Source: Octopus sinensis (taxonomy: Eukaryota). From it: DNA of 64,000 nucleotides. The notes beneath the pieces are model-generated. The model was given only the letters and a program-made list of their open reading frames with translations. It had not been told where the DNA came from and searched no databases. The DNA is taken from NCBI RefSeq assembly GCF_006345805.1, contig NC_042998.1, positions 53,568,001 to 53,632,000 on the forward strand. Direction: 5' to 3'. Of the stretch, positions 40,691-53,019 are shown in pieces (position 1 is the stretch's first letter; each line of letters starts with the position of its first letter). Both the position numbers and the translations under genes were made by a program.

Positions 40691-42879
40691 GGATCAGTTG
40701 AGTAATCATGGTAAAATGCAGTTTGTTAGTCTTTGGCATAAACACAGCTTGTAAAGAGGATGCAGATGACTCAATGGTTGATAAATAAAATGTATTAATC
40801 AATGCATCAAATACAGTTCATCCTATATCGAGATTAGACAGAAAAATCTGTTAACAGATGCAGTACAGCTCCATTTCAGAAGTAACAAATGTTTTCTATA
40901 ATACAGCAATCAAATCTGTAATAAATGGATAGAAGAGGTTATCAAGTACTACAATTGTTTCAAAAGCATGTAAGATGTATCTTACATAACATTACAAATG
41001 TCCCATAACTGTGTACTTTCTTGTAATATATATATATATATGACTTGTTAGTTTAGTTTGATGTAGAGAATGCAAAACCTGCATGAGCAGAAGAACCAAA
41101 ATGCGTGAGTGGAGATTGGAATAGGTAAAGAACTAATGGCATGCCTTACTCACTGATTATCTTAGCAAGATAGATAGGGGTGTTTCATTTCATTATTAGC
41201 ATGTTCAAATTTTTGCAGTGGCTACAGTAAATTATAATCTCTTTAATATATGTGTAGCGTCAATGGTGGGAAGCCAGCACACTGAATCTCGGATGCTTAT
41301 TGTTTAAGATAAATATGAGTGATAAAATAAAACCCATAACACACTATAATGAAAATATTTCTCATGTTAATTCCAAATAACATAGGAAAGAAACAAATGA
41401 ATTTATCGACCAACCCAGTATATTCAGAGCAAATTATTTACACTTTAGACAACAGATTTTCAAAATATAATTTACACCAGATCTTTTCAGTGTTTTATAT
41501 AAGAATGAGAAAGGCTTTTTTTCCCTTCATTTCCCATTTCAAGTACTGTGATTCATCTTGTAAGGCAATTTTCATAGTATATAATTCAAAACATTTCTCT
41601 CCATCTATTTCATTATAAAATAGATGAACTTTTACTCCCAAATCATTTTGATGCCTGCTAAGTCCCATTGCTAGGCTAAATTGGAGAGAAAAGAGTGAAC
41701 ATCTCTCTGTTATAAGATAACTTAAGAAAACTTTCACATTCAAAATGTTTTTATCTGTGGAGAACAATGATTTTTATCAGTCAAATATAGTTCATAAGTC
41801 AATGTATTTCAGGAAAAAAGAAAATAAAAAAAGTAATGAATAAACTTCCCTGTCTACCATCTATCAAATGAAGCTTCTTATTTTGCTAAAAATCTGTAGG
41901 CTGCTTGTTCTTACAAGATGAGAAGCAAAGGAACAACATGATTATTTGGAAGTCAATGAAGATGTAATTTGCTAGAAGGGATTCGTTTTATAGAATTCTT
42001 TATCTAACCGCATAAATTGAAAATATAATTGATTCTGAGTTAAGGAACATTTGCATGTTTTATCATGAGATTGAAGATAACTAAACAGAAATTCCTAACC
42101 TTGGCCCAAAGCTATAAATTTTTCAGGAGCGCTCAGCTCATTAAATAGATGGTGTTACTTGACTGCAAGTTATTTTAGTGACACCCAGGTGGATGAAGGA
42201 GCAAAATTGGCACTTTTTTTATAAATGAACTCAGAAAATAAAAAGAACTAACTAAATAGAATAATTGTTTTATTTATTTATTTATTCATGCATGGGTTAT
42301 TATGTTACCTGAATATTAAAGGCTCTCTCACTCTGTCTGTATGTATACAGTGATAAGAAACTCTCAAGAGAGCAGAGGGTTTTCAGAAAAGAAAACCCAC
42401 TCAGGCAAATATTTTGACTTTTAATTTCTTACTCTCTAAGAGGACCAGCCTGCAGTCAGGTTATAACTTTAATTGTAATTCCTCTCTGTTGTCTGCTTTA
42501 ATGCACACACACACACACACACATACATCCATCTATCCATGCTTGATGGCATCTTCCCTTGAAGATGTATGAAAGTTCAGCTTTTGCTGAACGACCAGCA
42601 CAAATCATTTGTTTATAGTGATTCTATGCATGTGCTGTACATTAGCTTTTTGCCTTCACCAAATCAACATTGTCTAGGTGCATAAGTATGCCACACATCA
42701 TATATCAAAATGATTACAGAGCAACTTGAAATGAAGTATTTCCAACTTGAAATGAAGTATTTCCCACGGTCTTGTCTGAGAATCGAAACCCACAATCTAG
42801 TGATCATGAGTGCAACACCCTAACCTCCAGGCTACATGCATTCATCACTTATACATATATATAAATAGATTATAGGTGC

Positions 42880-43330
42880 TGGTGTAGCTGTGTGGCAAGA
42901 AGCTTGCTTCTTGCCACACAAGGCGGCGAGCTGGCAGAAACGTTACCACATTGGGTGAAATGCTTAGCAGTATTTCGTCTGCCATTATGTTCTGAGTTCC
43001 ACTTCCGCCGAGATCGACTTTGCCTTTCATCCTTTCAGGGTCGATTAAATCAGTACCAGTTATGCACTGGGGTCAGTGGATTACGGTTTCGATTCCCAGA
43101 CCAGGCGTTGTGTGTGCTTATTGAGCAAAAATCACCTAAAAGCTCCACGAGGTTCCTTCAGGGTGTGGTGGCGACCCCTGTTGTACTCTTTCGCTACAAC
43201 TTTATCTCACTCTCTCTTCCTGTTTCTTGAGTAACACTGCAATGGACTGATGTCCCGTCCAGCTGGGGGGAACACATATTCCACAGAAAACAGGAAACTG
43301 GGCCCATGAGCCTGGATAGGCTTGAAAAGG
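42880..43330 (+). mobile_element. Chimeric SINE: family B head, family A body, family C 3' part
   Basis: Abrupt switches at about 42921 and about 43076. Confidence 0.7.
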
Positions 43331-44036
43331 GCGACGTTTATCATTTTTTGAACCATTTACGTATACTTTTGGTATGCGTGTATGTATACCAAAACCTTTT
43401 ATGTGATGAGGGCCTTTATGGGCCTTAGTCTGACCCTGTAGTGGTCTCAGGACTGGAGATGGTGGGTATATATCTCCCTGCTAGCAATATAAACAAGAGC
43501 GTATTTTGCACCAAAACCCAATATGACAGTTTCTCTCGTGGTATCTACTGCAGTATAGTTTGCTCTAATAGAACATCCATGTTTAACGAGGGATAAATAT
43601 TACTTCTCAGTATTAACACTTTCTCTATCGCTAATATATAATTATTAACAAGAACTAAAATATTTTTATATGTGCATAGAATAAATTTATTGTTTGTCAT
43701 TACAATAACAACTATATCTTAACAGTCGTTGCCTAACATATCATTGTGTACTTTAGCTAGCAACTTAAAAATCTTCGAAAGAGGATATCTATTTACACAC
43801 ACACACATGCATGCACATACATATATTTATTCACACACATGCTTATATATATATATAAAATCAATTATGGGGATAAGCAAATTAGACACATCAAATATAT
43901 TAAGTACATCAAATACAAAATATGTACATATGAATACATGCAAAACAAGAGAAAGCAAAAGGTGGAAACTTTTAGATGATGAATGATGAATGTTTATATA
44001 TAAATATATATATATATATAATATATATATATATAT

Positions 44037-44069
<33 letters not shown>

Positions 44070-44935
44070 GAGAAGACCAGGCAGGACAAGTGAGCCCAGC
44101 CCACTTATGAATGCCTTTCCTCCCTTGGACACAAAGACCTGTTGAGGCAAGCGAAGTCGATATAGAACCTCATCCGACAACAGGCACCCATGCCAACCCC
44201 CTTTGCTTGCGAAGACATGTTGGGGCAAGCGAAATCGAAATCGAATTGAACCAGCCAGGATCCCTGGTCTGGTGGTACATAAAAAGCACTGTCCGACTCG
44301 TGGCCGATGCCAGCGCCGCCTCCACTGGCTTCCGTGCCGGTGGAACGTAAAATACACCAATCCGACCGTACGACAGGCACCCATGCCAACCCCCTTTGCT
44401 TGCGAAGACATGTTGGGGCAAGCGAAATCGAAATCGAATTGAACCAGCCAGGATCCCTGGTCTGGTGGTACGTAAAAAGCACTATCCGACTCGTGGCCGA
44501 TGCCAGCACCGCCTCGACTGGCTTCCGTGCCGGTGGCACGTAAAATGCACCAATCCGACCGTGGCCGTTGCCAGCCTTGCCTGGCACCTGTGCAGGTGGC
44601 ATGTAAAAATCACCCACTACACTCACGGAGTGGTTGGCGTTAGGAAGGGCATCCAGCTGTAGAAACATTGCCAGATAAGACTGGTGGCACGTAAAATGCA
44701 CCAATCCGACCGTGGCTGTTGCCAGCCTTGCCTGGTACCTGTGCAGGTGGCACGTAAAAAGCACCCACTACACTCACGGAGTGGTTGGCGTTAGGAAGGG
44801 CATCCAGCTGTAGAAACATTGCCAGATAAGACTGGAGCCTGGTGCAGCCTTCTGGCTTCCCAGATCCCCGGTCGAACCGTCCAACCCATGCTAGCATGGA
44901 GAACGGACGTTAAACGATGATGATGATGATGATAT
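44070..44935 (+). mobile_element. Young RTE LINE 3' end with internally duplicated 3' UTR modules
   Basis: Starts at ORF end EKTRQDK*; near-identical duplications of about 193 bp and about 152 bp; (GAT)n tail; CpGs intact. Confidence 0.75.
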
Positions 44936-44940
44936 ATATA

Positions 44941-44976
<36 letters not shown>

Positions 44977-44982
44977 TGTATG

Positions 44983-45014
<32 letters not shown>

Positions 45015-45034
45015 TGTATGTATGCATGTATGTA

Positions 45035-45255
45035 TGTCTATAAAGTTAATCCAAACATGAAAACACAAAGAGAAAACACAACAACGCGAGGATGTGGAAC
45101 AAGTATAGTGTTATTGAATGCTCAGAAAGGAAAGAAAGAAGTAGGATTTAACGTTTCGAGTGGAGCTCTTTGTCAGAAACATGGGAAAAGGAAAGATCCA
45201 AAGTAGAGAAGATGGAGGAAAAAAATCGCCAATGATACACACGCAGTTACATATG

Positions 45256-45313
<58 letters not shown>

Positions 45314-45535
45314 ATTTATATAAATAAGTCCAACTTACACAGAATAGAAATGACAGAGAAATTAAAAAATGTGGAGAGTTAAATATATTTTCATAGTAGA
45401 GGGCTCTCCACCTCATTTGAGTGACAAAGTCATTAATGTTTTGTAGTAAGAATTCCATGTAGAGACCCCTAGGTGGGATTGGTATATTCTTTGTAAATGC
45501 ACCCAAGAACAAGAATTACTTATCCATGAGTGTCA

Positions 45536-45571
<36 letters not shown>

Positions 45572-45780
45572 TAAAATAAGGATGTAATTTTAAAAATCAT
45601 TATATTAGTGGCCTAGTGCATAACAGAGACCATACGGGTAAAATTAAATATTTTTAAGAACATATAATTATAAAATATAATTATAATTAAGTGTTACTGG
45701 ATATGACCAGCGGCCTATGCTAGAAGTAGATGTCAAATACCTACAATTCACTCTAAGATAAGTATACATCTACTGATGGA
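45035..45780 (-). mobile_element. Penelope-like element remnant (N-terminal ORF fragment plus decayed hammerhead)
   Basis: Minus strand FTKNIPIPPRGLYMEFLLQNINDFVTQMRWRALYY (KNIPIP...RMRWKA motif of PLE ORF N-termini); HHR-like motif at 45146-45180. Confidence 0.65.
45146..45180 (-). ncRNA. Decayed minimal hammerhead ribozyme
   Basis: gttt CTGACAA a gagc tcc actc GAA ACGT T aaat; the G8 and stem II changes are CpG-type. Confidence 0.55.
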
Positions 45781-45940
45781 AGGGCATCCAGCTGTAGAAA
45801 CACTGCCAGACCAGACTGGAGCCTGGGGCAGTCCCTAGCTCCCCAGACCCCGGTCGAACCGTCCAACCCATGCTAGCGCGGAAAACGGACGTTAAACGAT
45901 GATGATGATGATGATGATGTTATATACATGTGTGTGAGTG

Positions 45941-46020
<80 letters not shown>

Positions 46021-46242
46021 ATTTATATAAATAAGTCCAACTTACACAGAATAGAAATGACAGAGAAATTAAAAAATGTGGAGAGTTAAATATATTTTCA
46101 TAGTAGAGGGCTCTCCACCTCATTTGAGTGACAAAGTCATTAATGTTTTGTAGTAAGAATTCCATGTAGAGACCCCTAGGTGGGATTGGTATATTCTTTG
46201 TAAATGCACCCAAGAACAAGAATTACTTATCCATGAGTGTCA

Positions 46243-46278
<36 letters not shown>

Positions 46279-46670
46279 TAAAATAAGGATGTAATTTTAA
46301 AAATCATTATATTAGTGGCCTAGTGCATAACAGAGACCATACGGGTAAAATTAAATATTTTTAAGAACATATAATTATAAAATATAATTATAATTAAGTG
46401 TTACTGGATATGACCAGCGGCCTATGCTAGAAGTAGATGTCAAATACCTACAATTCACTCTAAGATAAGTATACATCTACTGATGGAAGGGCATCCAGCT
46501 GTAGAAACACTGCCAGACCAGACTGGAGCCTGGGGCAGTCCCTAGCTCCCCAGACCCCGGTCGAACCGTCCAACCATGCTAGCGCGGAAAACGGACGTTA
46601 AACGATGATGATGATGATGATGATGTTATATACATGTGTGTGAGTGTGTGTATATATATATATATATATG

Positions 46671-46700
<30 letters not shown>
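45290..46700. repeat. Near-identical tandem duplication, period about 707 bp
   Basis: atttatataaataagtcc at 45314 and 46021; both units end in an RTE-tail fragment plus microsatellite. Confidence 0.9.
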
Positions 46701-46701
<1 letters not shown>

Positions 46702-47500
46702 CTACAAAATTAAAGAATGGAGAAACCTACTTAAATCAATAAAACATCAACTATCAGATGATACCCAATCAATACTTTAATACACCATTACATATCAGTA
46801 AAGGCATTATAAAAAATATACAGTAAGAGTAAATAGACAAAGAGATATAAGTATAAAATTTCAAATATAATATGTAATTAAATCAATTCTGACAGCTGTT
46901 TCGGCAGTGAGGGCAGTCATACCTCATTTAACTAACACTAGTTTTTTTTAAAAAACTATTAGCCAAATATGTATAATATCGGTGCTTATTAATATTAATA
47001 TATACACTGATATATATTTTGTATTATTTTGTTCTGTTTACCTTCCATTATTGTACCAATGAGTATTATATTATATAAGTGTAGCATTATGAAGTTTATG
47101 TATAAGTTTTTATATTTTACATTTTTATATTTTTATATTTTTTTATTTTTATATTTATATGTATATGGTTAAATAATCTTTTTCACAATTATAACAAATT
47201 TAATTCTCTGAAGAGGCCGTGGGGCATCCTTGTTAATGCCTCATTTATACCTGCCTTTATGGCTTATAGGTTAAATGAGGTATGACTGCCCTCACTGCCG
47301 AAACAGCTGTCAGAATTGATTTAATTACATATTATATTTGAAATTTTATACTTATATCTCTTTGTCTATTTACTCTTACTGTATATTTTTTATAATGCCT
47401 TTACTGATATGTAATGGTGTATTAAAGTATTGATTGGGTATCATCTGATAGTTGATGTTTTATTGATTTAAGTAGGTTTCTCCATTCTTTAATTTTGTAG

Positions 47501-47552
<52 letters not shown>

Positions 47553-47716
47553 CACTCACACACATGTATATAACATCATCATCATCATCATCATCGTTTA
47601 ACGTCCGTTTTCCGCGCTAGCACGGGTTGGACGGTTTCGACCGGGGTCTGGGGAGCTAGGGACTGCCCCAGGCTCCAGTCTGGTCTGGCAGTGTTTCTAC
47701 AGCTGGATGCCCTTCC
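46485..47716. repeat. Large inverted repeat (about 447-bp arms, 337-bp spacer)
   Basis: 46485-46932 is the reverse complement of 47270-47716 with few differences. Confidence 0.9.
47201..47318 (+). ncRNA. Type I hammerhead ribozyme with palindromic helix III and long helix II
   Basis: Stem I aattct/agaatt; CTGAAGA (47208-14); stem II ggc...gcc; GAAA (47300-03); ACAGCTGT palindrome; GUC cleavage triplet ending at 47311. Confidence 0.8.
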
Positions 47717-47820
47717 TAACGCCAACCACTCCGCGAGTGTAGTGGGTGCTTTTTACGTGCCACCTGCACAGGTGCCAGAGGGGTCTGGCATCGGCCACGT
47801 TCGGATGGTGCTTTTTATGT
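47575..47820 (-). mobile_element. RTE 3' UTR fragment (reverse, young)
   Basis: catcatcgtttaacgtccgttttccgcgctagc...ggatgcccttcctaacgccaacc. Confidence 0.8.
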
Positions 47821-48364
47821 GGGGGGGGTGCAGGAATATAGGGGAGCACCAGTGGGGAGGGGTGGTTCAGAGAAATGATGACAGGTTGTAGGCAAGTAGA
47901 ACGTAGGATATCAAGAGAGGGGTAATGCATGGTAAAATAGCGTATTGAAGAGGGGGGTTCGAAGAGTAGACACCTATAATGGTGGTGGGAGAAGCGACAT
48001 CCGGTATAGATGGAGCAAAAATAGAGATATCTGGTATTGGTGGTGGGGGTGGGCAGGGCGGGTGCACCGCGATACACGAAGGTCGATCATAGACGAGAGG
48101 AGAAATGAACAAATCAGACAAAATAGATAGAAATCAGATAAAATAGTTAGATAGATAGAGAAACATGTATGATCAGTCTAGGAGTGAAAATAGGCATTCA
48201 AACGTATCTGTGCACGGGATTATATAGCTGGTAGATGAGGTAGATGAATGAGAGAGAGAGAGAGAGCACATGTTGTGGGTTGCCTTCTAAGTAAAAAGTT
48301 GTCCGGAAGAGGGATTTTTGGAGAAGGCGGAAGTGTATTAAAGGAAACAGGTTTCAAAATGGCA

Positions 48365-48448
48365 TATATATATATATACAATGGGCTTCTTTCATTTTCT
48401 GTCTACCAAATCAACTCACTAGGCTTTGGTTGGCCTTTGTATGAATAT

Positions 48449-48498
<50 letters not shown>

Positions 48499-48690
48499 TA
48501 TACATACACACATACACACACACACATGACAGGTTTCTTTCAGTTTCTAACAAAAATTCATTCACAAGGCTTGGGTCAGCCTGGAGTTATAGTAAAAGAG
48601 GCTTGCCTAAGGTGACTTGCAATGGAACTGAACTCAAAACCATGTGGCTAGGAAGCAAACTTCTTGATGAGACAGCCATGTCTGTACCTA
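48365..48690 (-). mobile_element. SINE family B fragments (reverse)
   Basis: gggcttctttca...ctaccaaat..actca..aggctt motifs, occurring twice. Confidence 0.65.
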
Positions 48691-48906
48691 TATTATTTTC
48701 TTAAAACAATTGCATATCACTAGTGTGTATGTGTGTGTGTGTGTGTGTGTGTGCTGTAAAGAGCTTATCTGCATCAGGTGTGCCTGGTCAACATGACTGA
48801 ACATTTAATCATAAATAGAGTCCATCCATGTAAATATCCATATCAATTTAAACTTCATATGTCTGTGTCTTAGAGAATGCAATATAAAAATAAAACAGCC
48901 AAATAC

Positions 48907-49005
48907 CTTAATTAAATTATCAACAATTGAAGATATTTGCTGATGATTCCTGTGAAATACTATCAGTAAAGAAAGCATTGTTAAATTGCGCTCCTGTCTG
49001 ATTTC
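48907..49005 (-). CDS. Candidate internal exon (EIRQERNLTMLSLLIVFHRNHQQISSIVDNLIK)
   Basis: tttattgcacaacAG acceptor, 99-nt open phase 0-0 frame, AAG|gtattt donor; no homology recognised. Confidence 0.25.
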
Positions 49006-50319
49006 CTGTTGTGCAATAAACTGAATAGTATTACATGTAGCAAGCTAAGCAGCTAGGACAAGTTCATGTTTATTCAATCTTTAAAGAAATACAAAATTAA
49101 ACAGCTGTAATCTATTATTCAGGCAAATCTCTCTTGACATTATACACATGCTTTTGTAGGAGTTATTGTCGATGAAAATATTGATATTGGAAAGATTGGT
49201 GCTACATGCAAAGTAGTATGCATTGAGGTTATAAGAGCTTTCTATTCAAGACATTCATATGTCATCATCTATGTATCTACTACAACTGACAGATCCTGTT
49301 TTGACTTTGGTTGAGCCTAAAATTCTATAGACATCAATCTCCAAGGAGATAAGTAGTATGGTAAGTTTTAATTTCTCTACAGTTCAAAGATTATAAAAGC
49401 ATTTCATCATATTCCCAATTTGAGAAATGACATTCCAGTATTATCTGAAATAAATTTAAGCACATTCGTTTAAAAGAAAACTTTACACTGCTAGTCTCCA
49501 ACAGGAAGCTTAAACATAGTAGTTTTCGATACATGAGATTACAATATATTTCCAAACCTAAACACAGACCAAATTATTAGGTGTTTCCCAAATCAAAAGT
49601 GACATGTTGGCTTAACTTTAATCATCTGTTTTATATCCTGGATTGCACAACTTTCTGTTGAGATGATTAAAGAGAGAAAATACACCATTTCCTGTGAGTG
49701 GTTGTATCTTAATATTAACAGAGAATGAAAAATGTGATGTTGCAAGCAGGTGGATATGGGATCCATAAATTGATGTGTGAGTGAACATATGATATTTAGC
49801 CAGCTACTGCAGAATAATAACTAAAAGAAAGTAATAGTAACAATCAGAATAGGTAGACAATTTTCCTAGTTTTTATCCAGGAATAATTTTTCAATATTTT
49901 CTCTGAGTAATTGCATGTTATTGATAAATCATTTCCAATTGCCTTCAGTCAGATCAAGAGGAAAGAATACATTGATTTGATTGGGTATGTGCTTGCATAT
50001 ATATGTATGAAACTGTATATATCTGCTTTTGCATCATGCATGTGTGTGTGTGAGTGTGATTTTGTGTGTGGAGATGCATGACTTAGTGGTTAGAGTACTG
50101 CATGGAATCGTAAGATTGGGGTATCAATTTCTGAATTGAGCAATGCATTGTATTCTTGAGCAAAACATTTGCTTCTAAACCATGCAGTTTTAGGTTCATT
50201 CCCACTGAATGGAAGGTTGGATAAAAATGTCTTCTACAATTATATCAGGACAGTGAAAGCTTTGATAGTGGATTTGGTAGATGGAAACTGAAATAAGCTC
50301 ATCATATATATATATATTC

Positions 50320-50660
50320 TCTTTTACTCTTTTACTTGTTTTAGTCATTTAGTCGACCAAATCAACCCCAGGACTTATTCTGTGTAAGTCAAGTATTTAT
50401 TCTATTGGTCTATTTTGACGAACCGCTAAGTTACAGGGACGTAAACACAGACACACAAACACACACACACATACATATATATATACATACATATATACGA
50501 TGGGCTTCTTTCAGTTTCCATCTACCAAATCCACTCACAAGGCTTTGGTCAGCCCGATGCTATAGCAGAAGACAGTTGCCCAAGGTGCGATGCAGTGGGA
50601 CTGAACCCGGAACCATGTGGTTCATAAGCAAGTTATTTACTACACAGCCACTCCTATGCT
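50320..50660 (-). mobile_element. SINE family B (reverse)
   Basis: Reverse-complement consensus. Confidence 0.8.
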
Positions 50661-50674
50661 TTTATATATATATA

Positions 50675-50715
<41 letters not shown>

Positions 50716-51434
50716 TATATACATATATATATACATATATCTATATATATTTATCACAACTGTTTGATAAATGGATAAGTGAAACTCTGAGTAACAGTTT
50801 TGTGAAAATTTTGCAGCTTTAATAAAATCATATTACTCTACCTTTGGTATTTGAGTACTATTTTTTCTTCACCTGGTTTTGCATTTATATGCTTACTTGT
50901 GTGTATTTATATATCTTTCTTTTATCTTTTATTTGTTTCAGTCATTTGACTGCTGCCATGTTGGAACACCATTTTGAAGAATTTTAGTCAACTAAATCAT
51001 CCCAGCGCTTATCTTTTTAAAACCTGTTTCTTATTCTACCAGTCAATTTTGCTGAGCCACTAAGTTATGGGATCATAAGCACAAGCCAATGCCAGCTGTC
51101 AAGAGACAGTGAAGGAGAAACACGGACCTCAGCATACACACACATGTATGACTGACTGACTTCGCTCCTTTGTAACCTGTCTTCCTCTTTTCTCTATACT
51201 ACTTGCATCTTTCCATCTTCTCCTCCCACCTTCCCTATACAATCACCATTCCTTCAGTGTTCTGCTTGTTATAACCAGAAATCGTTCTGAGGAAAGCAGC
51301 ATTAATTTTCTCCCAATTGGTCAATAGATCAATTGAATAAACCTGATACTTATAATGACTACTGGAAACAGCTGTAAGCCAAATTTGCTCCAATAAAGGG
51401 AAAATAGGTAATGACCATTATTTTTAACTTGTTT

Positions 51435-51470
<36 letters not shown>

Positions 51471-51517
51471 ATATTATATATATATATATAGATATATATA
51501 TATATATATATAGATAT

Positions 51518-51554
<37 letters not shown>

Positions 51555-51575
51555 TATATATTATATATATATACA

Positions 51576-51640
<65 letters not shown>

Positions 51641-51665
51641 TATATATACATATATATATATATGA
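51435..51665. repeat. Long (TA)n microsatellite
   Basis: About 230 bp of interrupted TA. Confidence 0.95.
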
Positions 51666-52186
51666 ATGGATGTGCATTTCTACATTATTGAACATTCTCT
51701 TGGGGAGGCAGGAAACAAAAATATTGGAAATTTGAAGGTAAATACAGTGTTTTATGATCTCATTCGTAGAGATATTTACATATAGAAAGAAAGATCATAT
51801 TATTTGCCCTTTTTGTGTATAAGTAAACACACATATATGTGTTAAAATACATTCTACATACATACATACAGTGTATATATATTTAAATTGAAAATATTAT
51901 ATCTTAATCTAATATTGATTTTTCACATAGACAGGAGATCAAAAATTTTTAAAGACATTAGTGATATGAAGAAAAGAAACTGTCTTCCTCTGGTAATCAA
52001 AATTCAATGTATTAGTTTATTGTTAAGGTGTCAGTATCTAAGTTGATAAAGCTTGCAAGTGTGTGTGTGCACGTGTGTGTAGTACACACACTTGCATACA
52101 TGCTTGCACTCTGACTGATAGATGTATATATATATATATGTATTTAATATGTTTAATTTTAATAAACATGTGTGTATGTGTGTGTG

Positions 52187-52247
<61 letters not shown>

Positions 52248-52317
52248 GTACATTGATGCAAAGAGGAAAAATAGAACTCAAAGTATGAGTAGATAAATAT
52301 TTTTATTAATATTTAGC

Positions 52318-52439
52318 AGAAGTAACAGAGTGATTCAAGGTTCGAGAGTTTCGTATGTTGGCATTTATCAAACTAACAGACTGATTTGATAAGTGCCAAC
52401 ACCTGACTCTCTTGGACCTTGAGTCACTCTGTTACTTCT
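52318..52439. repeat. Short fold-back element (about 55-bp arms)
   Basis: agaagtaacagagtga...ttatcaaa / tttgataa...tcactctgttacttct. Confidence 0.85.
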
Positions 52440-52461
52440 CTCTCTCTCTCTCTCTCTGTAA

Positions 52462-52526
<65 letters not shown>

Positions 52527-52527
<1 letters not shown>

Positions 52528-52700
52528 AAAAAAGTCAAGGTAGAAAATGCTAAAATAATTTTATGAAAAACCTTTCAGTACCAGTTTCAGTCATTGAGAC
52601 TTTTTCAGCTGTTACAGTTGAAAAAGTTTCAATGACTAAAACCGGTACTGAAAGGGTTTTTATAAAATTATTTTAGCATTTTCTGCCTTGACTTTTTTTC
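52527..52700. repeat. Fold-back element (about 84-bp arms) carrying hammerhead-like motifs
   Basis: gaaaaaagtcaagg...tttcagctg / cagttgaaa...ccttgacttttttc. Confidence 0.9.
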
Positions 52701-53019
52701 TATATATATCAACTTGTGCATTCTTTTTCAGCCTTCTACACACACACACAAATTGATATATATTTTATTTCATCTAGTTTCAGCTCACGAGCGGTGGCCA
52801 TGCTGGGGCACTGCCATTTAAAAAAACATTGGATGAACTTCTAACGATGTTACCTGACCAACCAACTATCCAGAGGCATCTACATCAATCTGACAGTCTA
52901 TATATATATATACAGTAATACATCGATATACAAGTTAATTCATTCCCAGAGAATGTTCATAAAGGAAAAACTCGTAAACAGAAAATAAAACACATAAAAG
53001 CTCATAAACCCAGGGTCTC

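Noticed and set aside
43403-43433. GTGATGA...CTGA as a C/D snoRNA or hammerhead
   Set aside because: The boxes are only about 20 nt apart with no terminal stem, and there is no GAAA after the ggcc hairpin.
44105-44897. 219-aa and several 80-aa GC-rich ORFs with repeated peptides
   Set aside because: Antisense or alternative frames of the duplicated RTE 3' UTR; no domain motifs. The repeats are contiguous duplications without unique spacers, so not a CRISPR array.
48160-48360. Possible additional PLE GIY-YIG remnant on the minus strand
   Set aside because: Only a faint LIY-like match with stops; insufficient evidence.
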